NCBI GenBank assembly: GCA_963778115.1
Contig: CAVZSV010000004.1
Span: 480,001 to 544,000, forward strand
Length of the DNA: 64,000 nt
Direction: 5' to 3'
Origin: an uncultured delta proteobacterium
GTDB taxonomy: Bacteria; Bdellovibrionota; FAC87; UBA2466
Positions within the stretch are counted from its first letter, which is position 1. Every line of letters begins with the position of its first letter. A model generated the notes under the pieces. It ran no database searches and was not told where the DNA came from. It worked only from the letters and a program-made list of their open reading frames with translations. This document shows positions 1 through 10,230 of this stretch, in pieces. A program made the translations under genes and the position numbers.

Positions 1-80
1 CCAAGCGCACCGAAGTCACACTAGGGCATGCGGTAGCAGAGGGTTTTGCCCTTATCGAGACTCCCCAGGGAAAATCTCAT

Positions 81-368
81 GTGCTAACGATCGAAAGACT
101 GGTAGCCGGAGAGCGCTACGAACCCGTGGTGATCTTAAATGGGCTGGCTTTCAAAAAACTACAGAGCGAGATCATCCATATTTTTGAACGGGAGAAGAAA
201 AAACAGCGCCCGATGCCTTGTAGCGAGCCTTTCGTTCTGGTTCATCCCAATGCCTTGGGAAATTCCGAAAAGCAGGCCATCTGCTTTTCGGTCATGGCTC
301 CCGGAGATCAAAAACTTGTGTTTGATTGGATGGAACAGGTAAAGCGGCTCATCGCAAGTATGAGATGA
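81..368 (+). CDS. hypothetical protein (true start may lie further upstream)
   Basis: 95-aa ORF converging on the next gene; no recognised motif. Confidence 0.45.
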   Translation: MLTIERLVAGERYEPVVILNGLAFKKLQSEIIHIFEREKKKQRPMPCSEPFVLVHPNALGNSEKQAICFSVMAPGDQKLVFDWMEQVKRLIASMR

Positions 369-388
369 CCCGCTTTACCCCCTCTAGC

Positions 389-742
389 TTAATTGGACTG
401 AGTGGGAGCAGTGGTCCCACTGTTTTTGTCTTCTTTTAACTGATGTTTGGCGGATTTAAGTGCTACGCGATCTTGTTTGAGCTGCACGCGATCTTCTCGG
501 ACTTGCGAGCTGTCTTTTCCGAATTGGACGATATCACCCCGCAGCTTCTCTCTGTCGGCTTTTAGTTTCTTCCTATCCACGCGCACCGCTTGGTGATCGG
601 CCTGAGGTGCAGTGACAGCTGTCACCACAGGCTGGCTCGCAGGAACTTGCGCCGGTGAAGTAGCTTCTTCACCCGCAAAAGCGGCAACCGCACCTAACAG
701 ACCTAACGTCGTTACTAACGTGATTAGTTTTGCGTTCTTCAT
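389..742 (-). CDS. secreted low-complexity/coiled-coil periplasmic protein
   Basis: AGGAGG RBS before ATG (MKNAKL); signal peptide ending AFA; charged helical repeats (DRKKLKADREKL, DRVQLKQDRVAL). Confidence 0.75.
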   Translation of the reverse strand: MKNAKLITLVTTLGLLGAVAAFAGEEATSPAQVPASQPVVTAVTAPQADHQAVRVDRKKLKADREKLRGDIVQFGKDSSQVREDRVQLKQDRVALKSAKHQLKEDKNSGTTAPTQSN

Positions 743-787
743 TGGATACCTCCTATGGGTTATCAAACATTCACACTGGATCGGGAT

Positions 788-803
788 TGCAACCCTCAGG
801 CCA
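788..803 (-). promoter_or_regulatory. sigma54 -24/-12 promoter
   Basis: TGGCCT-GAGGG-TTGCA on the minus strand, upstream of 389..742. Confidence 0.65.
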
Positions 804-836
804 GATTTTGGGGATGTGAAATCAGGGGGTTAGGTT

Positions 837-880
837 AGGAGTGGGGCGGAAATACCCAGCAGGAGTGGGCGGAAAGCCCC
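837..880. promoter_or_regulatory. tandem putative enhancer-binding-protein sites
   Basis: aggagtggg(g)cggaaa twice, each followed by CCC, just upstream of the sigma54 promoter. Confidence 0.5.
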
Positions 881-914
881 GATCTCTGCCTTAACTTAAA
901 TTTAAATTTAAAAG

Positions 915-1694
915 CTACTTCAACTCGTTGGAAATTAACTCTCCCGCAACTACCCCATGGTAAGCGGGGTTAAACCGAACGCTTGTAGTATCAACACGGA
1001 TTCGCGTCGTGCAGTGGTCTTTGGTATCGATGTGAAAGGAGCGAGACGCTCCGGGACGGATCTCAATCTTTTCATGAACCGTGTCATAGGTTTTGTTGCG
1101 GGGCACGGCAAAGAAAACAGGAATACCACTATCCGGTAGGCAAGCCAGGCTGCGGGATACGGTGAGCGGATTTACTGTCGAGACATTTTTCTCTCCAATA
1201 TTTCGCATGACACAAAAAAATCCCGAATCATCCGATTCACACCGCAAACGAAGGGCTGCGACCGGGGTCTTTAAACTTTTCTCCCGAATGGCAATATACA
1301 GATCTTTCCACTGTTGCGAAGTGGGGCTTCCATCGTATTGCCAGTCAATTGACTGGGTTTTCGATTGTTTCAAACTAAATACCATCGACTCGGGAGGAAA
1401 CTCTTTCTCTCCGTGAACGGAAGGAGTCGTAGTTAATACTAAGGTCTTTAGTTTACCCAAAGTCCCTTCATCCAACGAAGTAGAGAATTCTCCGATCGTA
1501 TTTTCTGGCGGGGACTCGGAAAAGGGCGAAAGTGTGGTTAACGAAACAGCACCATCCTTTTGTACCACCATCGTCTCTTGGATCGTGGTAATCGGATTGG
1601 GCGCCATGATGGAGAATTCCAAAGGAAAAGAGACTTCACTCTTTCCCAAAGCAACCACGCTATAGAAAGTCAGTAGGGAAACTACTTTCCACAT
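915..1694 (-). CDS. secreted hypothetical protein, coupled to the upstream metalloprotease
   Basis: signal peptide; 13-nt overlap with 1682..3013. Confidence 0.7.
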   Translation of the reverse strand: MWKVVSLLTFYSVVALGKSEVSFPLEFSIMAPNPITTIQETMVVQKDGAVSLTTLSPFSESPPENTIGEFSTSLDEGTLGKLKTLVLTTTPSVHGEKEFPPESMVFSLKQSKTQSIDWQYDGSPTSQQWKDLYIAIREKSLKTPVAALRLRCESDDSGFFCVMRNIGEKNVSTVNPLTVSRSLACLPDSGIPVFFAVPRNKTYDTVHEKIEIRPGASRSFHIDTKDHCTTRIRVDTTSVRFNPAYHGVVAGELISNELK

Positions 1695-3013
1695 AATTGT
1701 CCCAAAATAGTCTTCAGATGTCGTTCGTAAAGTTTTGGACTTCCAAACGGGTATTTCATCGCGCTATCGGCTTCATACGTCGCCGCCTCGGCTTCGCTGA
1801 CTCCCGCACCATAGCCGGGATACTCGTCGTGGTTTCCCAACATATGAAGAAATTCATGCAACCGCGTCAGCGCGCGAGTGCGATCGTCCAAGGGAATCGG
1901 AGCTTTTCCGGACGCGGGATCCCTGTAAAGGGTTCCCGTCCAGGTTTCCATGGCACTGCGCCCCCCCGCCCAAGAGGGAAGAATTCTCGCAAAAGCACGA
2001 GCCAGGCTATTAGTAGCGGCCGCATCGTGATTAAAGGTAAGATCGAGTTCGATCCCATAGTGGGAAAAAAATTCAATCATGGCGGCGCGATCAAGTTCGG
2101 CCTTCTTGATCTCCTCTCTTTTGGCCTCGGGCGATAATCCCGGGTAGCTCAGATCCACTTGCATGGTGACCTTAACTCGTCCGGTTGATTTATCGATACT
2201 CATCACGCGACCCGCCTGCGACGCAAAATGGCCATGCTTGCGATCCGCTACTCGCACATGAGGAACCGTAACCGAATAGCCGTCCGGGTGTGAGTCAACA
2301 CACGCTTTGACATAGGCCGGCATTTCGGAAGGATCGGTCGACGGAAATTCTGCGATCTTAGGACCAGGCATATCGAGTTTTCCAAGGCCCGTATAATCGC
2401 TAACACTTCTTCGGATCTTGTCTAAAGCTCCGTGGCTTGCGCCGCCACTGCTCCCCACAGCTCCTTCGGCTGGAGTGGTCTTAGCGATAAGATTTTTTTC
2501 CCATTCTTCGGGCTTTTCAAATTTCACGCGATCGATAGGAAGAGCAGGCCCTCCAAATTTTGGTTTTTGTGTGCTATCGGAAGCGGCAGGCTTACCTTCT
2601 TCCGAAGCCGATTTTCCCGTAGGTCCTGCCGAACCGGCAGGCCCTCTTTCAGGCCCAGCCCCTCCGTCATGAGAACCTTCTCCCGCTGCCTTTCTTAGCC
2701 CCGCGGGTCCTCCCGCAGCGCCTCCTGCACCGGTAGGATCTAAGAGTCCGCCATGGCTATTGCCAGAAGGATCAAAACCGGGTCCGCCAATTAATCTGGG
2801 GTCTCCCGTAATTTGAGAAAGATCCTGACCTAAAATTCCAGCATTGGGATTGATACGACTCGCATCCAAAAGATTTCTTCGATTATCATCATCATCAAGA
2901 TTAGCCTTATTTTTTGGCAAGCCCGCACCACCCCCGCCTTTTTTGCCGCAAGCCGCAAAAAGCGCAAAGGACGCGATAAAAAAGAATAGAAAAATCTTAC
3001 GACGTCTCCCCAT
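1682..3013 (-). CDS. lipoprotein with Gly/Pro-rich linker and C-terminal metzincin-like Zn metalloprotease domain
   Basis: lipobox FAAC; HEFLHMLGNHDEY (HExxHxxGxxD); Met-turn SAMKY. Confidence 0.75.
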   Translation of the reverse strand: MGRRRKIFLFFFIASFALFAACGKKGGGGAGLPKNKANLDDDDNRRNLLDASRINPNAGILGQDLSQITGDPRLIGGPGFDPSGNSHGGLLDPTGAGGAAGGPAGLRKAAGEGSHDGGAGPERGPAGSAGPTGKSASEEGKPAASDSTQKPKFGGPALPIDRVKFEKPEEWEKNLIAKTTPAEGAVGSSGGASHGALDKIRRSVSDYTGLGKLDMPGPKIAEFPSTDPSEMPAYVKACVDSHPDGYSVTVPHVRVADRKHGHFASQAGRVMSIDKSTGRVKVTMQVDLSYPGLSPEAKREEIKKAELDRAAMIEFFSHYGIELDLTFNHDAAATNSLARAFARILPSWAGGRSAMETWTGTLYRDPASGKAPIPLDDRTRALTRLHEFLHMLGNHDEYPGYGAGVSEAEAATYEADSAMKYPFGSPKLYERHLKTILGQLCGK

Positions 3014-3469
3014 GACGTGTTATCTCCCCCGAAATTTAGCAATTATGAAAGGACGTACCGCGACTAGCGTGTATAAAGAATGCAATCCGAAGACCAGCAA
3101 AAAACCTTATCTTTATCAGCCATAAAGCTAACTTTCGTGTCCACTTTTTAGACAGCCGCTTTGAGCTAAGACTATGCGGCGCCCTTTCTACTAAAAGTTT
3201 CGAGGGCATTATTTCAGCACCCAAGAAAAAATAACGACTACAGACACCAAGGCCGATTATCACGGCCCATGAAGGGTTGTTTTCTGTGAAGCATCCGATG
3301 GTGAAAAGCACAGAGCATGGTTAGGTTACTAGGCGTGTGAAGCCCTTCCTGACTCACTTCCTGTTTGTGATGTCTTGCTAGCCACCTCCGCTCGGTACAC
3401 CGGCCTCCCTTAGAATCGACGTGGATGGAACGTTGATTACTTTCGCTGACGTTTTTCGGGTTATTTTTT

Positions 3470-4393
3470 TTATTTCGGATCTCGGATTTCTATTGGTCGA
3501 TGCAACAGAAAGTGGGATAGCTCAGGCTCCTGACCATACTGCAATTGCTGCTCTCTTTGTGGTGAGTGCCCTTTGAGTCGACGAGAGGAGTTGCGCAACA
3601 ACAATCGCTCCATCGCAATTAAGTCCGCGAACTCTTCCGGATCGATAACTGCGTTGTTAGCTTGTTCACCATGGCCTAGACTGTCGAAGGCTCGAAAGGC
3701 TTCCGGGTGGCAGTACAGCGAAACTAATAACTCTTCGGTAAAATTGAGGTGGCCCCGAAATGGATTTCCATATGCCTTTTGGTCGTCCCCGCAGACAGAG
3801 CCGACACAGACTGTTGAATTTCGACAGGCCGTCCCTGCTTTGCAGGAGTTCACAATGATGGAAGGGGAGTCTATTGCTGAGTTGATTTTGCTAAGAAGAA
3901 GGGAGGTCTCTACCACTCGTTGAGAGATAAAATGGTCCGATTTGGGGAGGCTTGTTATCCAGTGTTCGGCAGTCCCTTCGCCATTCTCCAAGGTAGTGCC
4001 GTGCCCTTTCACGAAGACCAACGAGTATTGAGGAAGTTTCGCATCCTTCAATTGCTGTTCGATTTGATCATAAGTATTTTGATTCCCCTCCACGAGAACC
4101 ACGTCAAGGTTGCTACCACATTCGTTTTGAAATCTCGCTCGGAGGTTGACGCAGCTGTCTTCCATCTTTGGATCAATTCCCTTTCCAAAGCAGATGATGG
4201 CAACTTTATTTCCTGGGGGAATCTCACCAAGGATTCCTGAAAAACGCTGCCCGAGAGGTCGGGAATCCAAGGTGGAAAGGCTCTTTCCGAAAGATCTTCG
4301 CGGAGAACTAGTGAAGGAGGGATCTTGTCCAAACACAAAAGCGCAACAGAAAAAACCAATTGCGATAGCGATCCCGGCTGTTCCCTTGGACAT
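3470..4393 (-). CDS. secreted caspase/legumain-like (clan CD) cysteine protease
   Basis: signal peptide; LVFVKGHG and IIVNSCKAG give a His-Gly/Cys dyad pattern. Confidence 0.55.
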   Translation of the reverse strand: MSKGTAGIAIAIGFFCCAFVFGQDPSFTSSPRRSFGKSLSTLDSRPLGQRFSGILGEIPPGNKVAIICFGKGIDPKMEDSCVNLRARFQNECGSNLDVVLVEGNQNTYDQIEQQLKDAKLPQYSLVFVKGHGTTLENGEGTAEHWITSLPKSDHFISQRVVETSLLLSKINSAIDSPSIIVNSCKAGTACRNSTVCVGSVCGDDQKAYGNPFRGHLNFTEELLVSLYCHPEAFRAFDSLGHGEQANNAVIDPEEFADLIAMERLLLRNSSRRLKGHSPQREQQLQYGQEPELSHFLLHRPIEIRDPK

Positions 4394-4422
4394 TTGCGCC
4401 TCTTCCCCCCATGGCTAACTCT

Positions 4423-4438
4423 TGCAAGGGCCACGCCA
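4423..4438 (-). promoter_or_regulatory. sigma54 -24/-12 promoter
   Basis: TGGCGT-GGCCC-TTGCA, 30 nt upstream of the 4393 ATG. Confidence 0.6.
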
Positions 4439-4586
4439 TTGGAGTACGCAGAGCATCGAGATGTATTCCATTGGCCTTATAGGCAGTTCCTTGACAATCC
4501 CAGCGGAAACTAGCGCTCTTACGTTGCCCTTGACTCGACCTTCCCCACTGAGCCATTGGTAATGCTCAAGGCACCAGGAGAATCCT

Positions 4587-6155
4587 TTGGTTCGATTGTT
4601 TACTTTGCTAGTCTGCTGTTTTCTTTCCTTGGGGACGTTCGGAGCAGTAGTCCCACAGGTGCTGCGTCTGGGGAATGGGGCTGAACCTAAAGATTTAGAT
4701 CCTCACAAAGTTTCTGGAGTCCCTGAAGAAAATATCATTCTTAATCTCTTTGAAGGATTGGTCGCTCGTCATCCCAAAACCCTAAAGCCTGTTCCTGGAG
4801 TGGCAAAAAAATGGAGAACTTCAGAGGATGGATTGGTATGGACGTTTGATCTTAGAAGCGATGCCAAGTGGTCAAATGGAGATCCGGTCACCGCAAACGA
4901 TTTTGTTTATTCCTGGCGCAGGTTACTTAGCCCTTCAACTGCTGCTGATCTTCCGCTGATAGGCTACTACGTTAAAAATGCTTCCGCGTACCATGCGGGA
5001 ACTATCAAAGATCCGACTCAAGTGGGTGTCGTGGCAACCTCTCCCACCCAACTCGTCGTGACTTTGGAACGCCCCACCCCTTTTTTCCCCGAAATCCTGG
5101 ATCACATGGCCCTTTATCCGGTTCATCAGAAAACGGTCGAAACCTTTGGAAACCAGTGGACTCGGCCCGAACACTTCGTTGGTAACGGTCCCTTTAAACT
5201 GGCCTCCTGGAGGGCCTATCGCAATATCGTGCTAAAGCCCAATCCCTACTACTGGGACAAAGCGCACGTGACTCTCGAAGAGGCCCAATTTTCCCCAATC
5301 GACTCCGCCGATACTCAGGAAAAGATGTTTCGTGCGGGTCAACTGGACATCACGGACGACGTTCCCGAAGAAAAGATCGAATTTTGGAAAGCAGATAAAT
5401 CAGGCGTATTCCAGACCCATTTAGGAAATGGAGTTGTCTTTTATCGAATCAACACTACTAAAACCCCCCTAGACAACAAGAATGTCCGCCTAGCGCTTGC
5501 CCTTGCCATCGATAGACAACAGTTGGTCACCCATGTCACCAAAGGCGGCCAAGAGCCGCTACGCTCCTTCACCCCTCGGGAAAGCGATTACCGACCCCCG
5601 ACGGCAGTTCCTATCGATGGCAGTGGAGTGGCCGAAGCTAAACGGCTTGTTGCGCAAGAGGGGTACGGACCCAAAAAAGCATTTCCCGCGATTGAGATCT
5701 TAGTCAGCAAAAACGATCTGCATCTTAAAATTGCCGAAGCGGTTCAACATATGTGGAAGAAGAATCTGGGAATCGAAGTCAAACTCAACATGGAAGAATG
5801 GAAAGTCTTCTTAGATTCGGTAAGAACCAAGAATTACCAGATTTGCCGGGCTAGTTGGATCATGGATTACGAAGACCCCGAAGCTTATCTAGAGAACTGG
5901 CTCTCCGACAGCCCCACCAATACGACGGGGTTTGCCTCCAAGGACTTTGACGCAACCTTCAAAGCCGCCGTGCACGAAAAGGACGAAAAAAAGCGGATGG
6001 CTTTGTTTTACAAAGCGGAGACACAATTACTTTCTGAGATGCCTTTGATTCCCCTTTTTGTAACTCAGCTCTATAATCTAAAAAAGACCAATGTCGAAGG
6101 ATGGTACCCCAACGCGCAGTTCTACCATCCCTTGAAATACATTCGAATCAAATAG
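4587..6155 (+). CDS. oppA: oligopeptide ABC transporter substrate-binding protein
   Basis: EPKDLDP, LFEGLV, PGVAKKW, AKWSNGDPVTANDFVYSW, GNGPFKL; AGGAG RBS. Confidence 0.92.
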   Translation: MVRLFTLLVCCFLSLGTFGAVVPQVLRLGNGAEPKDLDPHKVSGVPEENIILNLFEGLVARHPKTLKPVPGVAKKWRTSEDGLVWTFDLRSDAKWSNGDPVTANDFVYSWRRLLSPSTAADLPLIGYYVKNASAYHAGTIKDPTQVGVVATSPTQLVVTLERPTPFFPEILDHMALYPVHQKTVETFGNQWTRPEHFVGNGPFKLASWRAYRNIVLKPNPYYWDKAHVTLEEAQFSPIDSADTQEKMFRAGQLDITDDVPEEKIEFWKADKSGVFQTHLGNGVVFYRINTTKTPLDNKNVRLALALAIDRQQLVTHVTKGGQEPLRSFTPRESDYRPPTAVPIDGSGVAEAKRLVAQEGYGPKKAFPAIEILVSKNDLHLKIAEAVQHMWKKNLGIEVKLNMEEWKVFLDSVRTKNYQICRASWIMDYEDPEAYLENWLSDSPTNTTGFASKDFDATFKAAVHEKDEKKRMALFYKAETQLLSEMPLIPLFVTQLYNLKKTNVEGWYPNAQFYHPLKYIRIK

Positions 6156-6168
6156 CTTCGGAGCCTCA

Positions 6169-7119
6169 GTGATAAAAACTTTACTCCTTTTATTTGTGAT
6201 TACCTCCGTCGCTGTTTTGTTAATCATTCGCCTGGGACCGCGCCCGAGGTTACAGCCGATAAAATTTTCCGCCCTGCCCTTGCCTTCCGATCTCAACGAA
6301 TATCTAAGCCGTGAAGAGAGCAAAGTTCCACACCTTAGAGCCGGAACCGAAAAGAAGATCGTCTGGAACTCTGCTGACCATGCTGTCACCGATGTCTCGC
6401 TAGTCTACCTCCACGGATTCTCCGCTTCTCGGGGAGAGGTCAGTCCCGTCATGGAGACGCTGGCAAAGACCCTTCATGCGAATCTGTTTTTCACAAGACT
6501 GAGGGGACACGGTCAGGACTCACATGCTCTTGCAACGGCCACCGCCACCGAATGGCTTGAGGATGTTAATGAAGCTTGGGCTATCGGAAGTGCTATCGGC
6601 CGAAAAGTCGTTCTGGCAGGAACTTCTACGGGAGCTACCCTTGCCCTTTGGGCCGTGAGTGAAGGAGCGAAGCCCGCGGCCCTTATCTTTTTTTCTCCCA
6701 ACTTTTACCCGAAAGATAGCCGGGCCGGTTTATTACTATTACCGTTCGGCCTTTCTATCGCTAAGGCCATTACCGGTCCCACGCGAAGTTGGGAGCCTAA
6801 GAACGAACTGCAATCTCGCTCTTGGACGCACGAGTATCCCATTGAAGCTTTGCTTCCAATGATGGAACTCGTCGACTATATCGCACCGTTTAAACTTTCA
6901 GCGATAACCACACCGACACTTATCTTTACCACCGACAACGACGAGACGGTAAATGTGCCTTTGATCCGCAAGAAATTTAATGAATTAGGTTCTCCCGAGA
7001 AGAGACTTATCGAAGTTCCCAATGCCAGTGGTCACGTTCTAGCGGGAGATGCCGCAAGCCCGGCAAGTACTGCATTTGTGGAGAGCGAATGTCTGTCCTT
7101 TTTGAAGAAAGCCCTATGA
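6169..7119 (+). CDS. membrane-anchored alpha/beta hydrolase (lysophospholipase/carboxylesterase-like)
   Basis: YLHGFS, RLRGHG, GTSTG nucleophile elbow, D..V and H of the triad. Confidence 0.85.
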   Translation: MIKTLLLLFVITSVAVLLIIRLGPRPRLQPIKFSALPLPSDLNEYLSREESKVPHLRAGTEKKIVWNSADHAVTDVSLVYLHGFSASRGEVSPVMETLAKTLHANLFFTRLRGHGQDSHALATATATEWLEDVNEAWAIGSAIGRKVVLAGTSTGATLALWAVSEGAKPAALIFFSPNFYPKDSRAGLLLLPFGLSIAKAITGPTRSWEPKNELQSRSWTHEYPIEALLPMMELVDYIAPFKLSAITTPTLIFTTDNDETVNVPLIRKKFNELGSPEKRLIEVPNASGHVLAGDAASPASTAFVESECLSFLKKAL

Positions 7120-7122
7120 GAC

Positions 7123-7746
7123 TTAGTTATCTACTTTAAATGAAGCGATGCAAGAATTGACTCCCTTAAACACTCCGTCAGAGTCTTGCAAATCTCTAGA
7201 GGTAAAACCGATAGTAATATGAGGATAAAAATAGTTAGGGTCGAATCGACTCGGATCTCCTCCGTGCTGGACGTACTTAGCCGCAATTCGACGACGGATC
7301 TCTAAGAGACGATTTGCTTTGACGACGACATAATAGGTTTCCATTAACAGATGTCCGTCCCTTGCCCTCCCCCTACCGAGACATAGCGGGCTTACCTCCG
7401 CTTTCTGAATTTCCGCCTCAAGAGCAATACGATTGATCTCCTCCATGCTGAGGTAAGGCTTTAAAACATTTTCATACTCGGGAGGAGTAATGACCGTAAT
7501 ATGGGCCTCTCCCCTGTTCTTGAGAACGATTTGAAATTCGGAAACCAAAACGTCAAAGAGCTCCTTGGAAGGAGGCTGGGGAAGATTCATCGTCAGATAG
7601 GAACCGAAGGGTGCCGGATCATTGTGGGCGATGAAGACCGTTTCACTGCCCTTCAGTAGATCCGCGGACAGAGGAAAAGCGAAGTCCTTTTCTCTGGCTA
7701 AAGCTAGACTTGAGACCATTAAAACGGCTAAGTATAAAAATCGCAT
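7123..7746 (-). CDS. secreted 2H phosphoesterase
   Basis: two HxT motifs (AHITVITPPE, PHITIGF); signal peptide. Confidence 0.8.
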   Translation of the reverse strand: MRFLYLAVLMVSSLALAREKDFAFPLSADLLKGSETVFIAHNDPAPFGSYLTMNLPQPPSKELFDVLVSEFQIVLKNRGEAHITVITPPEYENVLKPYLSMEEINRIALEAEIQKAEVSPLCLGRGRARDGHLLMETYYVVVKANRLLEIRRRIAAKYVQHGGDPSRFDPNYFYPHITIGFTSRDLQDSDGVFKGVNSCIASFKVDN

Positions 7747-7802
7747 ACCACCTCCCCAAAACGGTGACTTACCATGTTAGGGGAAGTTTGCAAATGGGGA
7801 GG

Positions 7803-9116
7803 TTATTTACTCACCGCCAGAGCTTCCCGATCCACTAGCTTTCCATCCATGAACACCCATTCGATGGTCTGAGTGTTTTCAATATCATTCAGGGGGGAAG
7901 CCTTCAAAACCACGAGGTCTGCCTTGTCTCCTACATTAATTCCAAGGGGGCGCTTGAAAAATTTCTTGGGCAGCGACGTCGCGGCCTGAAGGACCGACCA
8001 ATTGTCGATCCCGGCTTTCGCGAACATCGCCATTTCACGATGGACCGAATACCCTTGAAAGACTCCAATGTCTCCCGAATCGGTTCCCGTCATTAAGGGA
8101 ATTCCAGCATCAAATAATTTTTTTAGCGTTCGGTAGTAATTGTCTCGCCCCTTAATTTGCCACAAGAGCATCCGCTGTGTGAAAGGCCCGTTGGGGTTCA
8201 TCGTTCGATAAGACTGCATTAACTCTTTAGTAATACTTCTCTCAAGCAGGGGCGAGTTGAGAAGGCTCCGGTTTTCTAAGATATTGAGAAGATCCTGTTG
8301 GTACGTCATGGTGGGGATCTCCCAAATCTTGTGGGCCACCATCGACTTGACCAAGCTATCTGGGATATCCGATTCATACAGATGGGTGATAATCGTGGCA
8401 CCCGCGTCGACCGCCTCCGCGGCATCTTGCCAGGTCCCGATGTGAACCACCGTGCGAAAGCCCAGTTTCTTAGCTTCCGAGATAATCGCCGCCATGGTTG
8501 GCCTGTCGAGAGATTTGTAGTTGCGAGCATGATCGTAAGCGATCTTGATGACGTCGGGTTTCTCTTTGGCGAGTTCTCGCACCTGAATTCGCGCTTGTTC
8601 GGGGGTATCCATCGTGCGCGTTGGCATTCCAAGATCCGTCCCGTGTCCGTCGGTGCATGTCATCATGGGCCCGGCCGCATACAGCCTCGCCCCTTCCGGA
8701 TGTCTGGCGGCACGATAAGCAAAAAGCGCCTTTTCCTCTCCAAAGAGATCTAAAAAAGCGGTAACTCCGTTATAGAGCATCCGCTTTGCGACATCGTTGG
8801 TGGTAAGGGTCTCCCTCACGGAACCAGGACCTGGGTTTCCCAAAGTGGAATGGTCATGCATGTCCGTAAAACCAGGAACAATAAAACGGCCAGAGAGATC
8901 AAAGATCTTCCCTCTGAAATTCTTGGGAGCCGCATTGGGCTTCAAGGATTTAATCACACCCTTTTGAATCCAAATTTCAGCTTTTTGACTCGTCTTGTGA
9001 GCGGGATCCAGAAGCACGAAATTCTTAAGCAGATAATTGGCATCGGCCGCCGAAACGAGCCGTGGAAATCCGAAAAGGAAAATTAAGGTTAAGGATATTC
9101 TAATTGCAGTGCGCAT
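7803..9116 (-). CDS. secreted amidohydrolase family protein
   Basis: PGFTDMHDH, IKI, VVH, THL, GTDSG, GDKADLVVL motifs. Confidence 0.9.
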   Translation of the reverse strand: MRTAIRISLTLIFLFGFPRLVSAADANYLLKNFVLLDPAHKTSQKAEIWIQKGVIKSLKPNAAPKNFRGKIFDLSGRFIVPGFTDMHDHSTLGNPGPGSVRETLTTNDVAKRMLYNGVTAFLDLFGEEKALFAYRAARHPEGARLYAAGPMMTCTDGHGTDLGMPTRTMDTPEQARIQVRELAKEKPDVIKIAYDHARNYKSLDRPTMAAIISEAKKLGFRTVVHIGTWQDAAEAVDAGATIITHLYESDIPDSLVKSMVAHKIWEIPTMTYQQDLLNILENRSLLNSPLLERSITKELMQSYRTMNPNGPFTQRMLLWQIKGRDNYYRTLKKLFDAGIPLMTGTDSGDIGVFQGYSVHREMAMFAKAGIDNWSVLQAATSLPKKFFKRPLGINVGDKADLVVLKASPLNDIENTQTIEWVFMDGKLVDREALAVSK

Positions 9117-9153
9117 AACGAAGATTCTACCCCAATCCCGCCTCAGAATAAAC

Positions 9154-9191
9154 GACGGCCCGAAAGAACCAGGGGTTCTCGCCGGGCCGTC
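9154..9191 (-). terminator. hairpin, probable intrinsic terminator
   Basis: gacggcccg...cgggccgtc outer stem with inner agaacc/ggttct, just downstream of the 9211 stop. Confidence 0.6.
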
Positions 9192-9210
9192 CGAAAAGTT
9201 AATGAATCTG

Positions 9211-10137
9211 TTACAACGTTGTCGTAAAGACGAACTGCACGGTGCTGACTTTGAAAGCGTCGCCGATCGTAAACCCGCTGAAATCGGGTTTCACCATGTT
9301 GCCGCTGATGTAAGCCAGCCCCAAGGTGAAATTATCCGTAACGGCATAATCCAGTTCCGGCCAGATATAGAGCAAGTAATTCCATGCTCCACTTTGAGCT
9401 GTCGTTCCATACTCACGATATTTGGTCTGGTACAGCAAGATCGGGAAGTCCAAGCTCCACTTCTGTGAAAATTGGATATCAGTTACGAAATAATATCGAT
9501 TTTCATAAGCAGGATTCGGTCCGAAAGCAGCCGTCCCGGGAACACCGAAGATATCGGGCATGAGCACCAACACGCCAGTAAACGTTAGCGCGTCATTGGC
9601 TTTCTTAATTAATTTGAACGCATTGTAGAAGCGAGTGATATTCCCAGCACTGGCATCCGCAAAAAGAGTGGGAGCGTAAACGCGGCTCTCATAATTAAAA
9701 GAGAGGGTTTTGTCCTCCGACTCCCAGATCTTATTGACCCGAGTTCTTAGAAAGCCTTGATCCCAAATGGCGTTAAGGCCATAAGCCTTTTGGCCGTAGA
9801 GCAAGGTATGATCGATATTGGTATCGAATCCCTGGTACCAGCTGATGAGAAGCTTAGGGTTGATCTGGTAGCCTAGCTGCAAAAAATTCGAAGTATCGTA
9901 AGCGGCGTTGTTGGGATAGTACTCCGCCCGTAAATCGATCGTGCCAAAGAATTTACTCTTGGGAGGGCCAGCCGGGGTTACCGATTCCATGGTGGTTCCG
10001 CCCGAGGCGGCCGGTGCAGAAAGCGTTGTTGACGCATCTTCTCCCCAGCCAACCCCGGAATAAGCGGCTCCCATAGCCATTACCGCCACTACGGCTAGGT
10101 AGCTTCGGGTACTCAAACCTCTTTTTCTGACTCTCAT
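9211..10137 (-). CDS. outer-membrane beta-barrel protein
   Basis: GGAG RBS before MRVRKR; signal peptide; alternating aromatic beta-strands up to the C-terminus. Confidence 0.7.
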   Translation of the reverse strand: MRVRKRGLSTRSYLAVVAVMAMGAAYSGVGWGEDASTTLSAPAASGGTTMESVTPAGPPKSKFFGTIDLRAEYYPNNAAYDTSNFLQLGYQINPKLLISWYQGFDTNIDHTLLYGQKAYGLNAIWDQGFLRTRVNKIWESEDKTLSFNYESRVYAPTLFADASAGNITRFYNAFKLIKKANDALTFTGVLVLMPDIFGVPGTAAFGPNPAYENRYYFVTDIQFSQKWSLDFPILLYQTKYREYGTTAQSGAWNYLLYIWPELDYAVTDNFTLGLAYISGNMVKPDFSGFTIGDAFKVSTVQFVFTTTL

Positions 10138-10214
10138 TTCTCTCCCCCTTACTTGATTAACCAAAAGTTGGATTGTGAAGCGCTGCTTCTTACTCATCCT
10201 TAACACAAACCTAA

Positions 10215-10230
10215 AGCAAGTTTCCTGCCA
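10215..10230 (-). promoter_or_regulatory. sigma54 -24/-12 promoter
   Basis: TGGCAG-GAAAC-TTGCT upstream of the beta-barrel gene. Confidence 0.65.

Noticed and set aside
3014..3469. Riboswitch or ncRNA in the long intergenic region
   Set aside because: No recognisable conserved motif by eye; an Infernal/Rfam scan would be needed.
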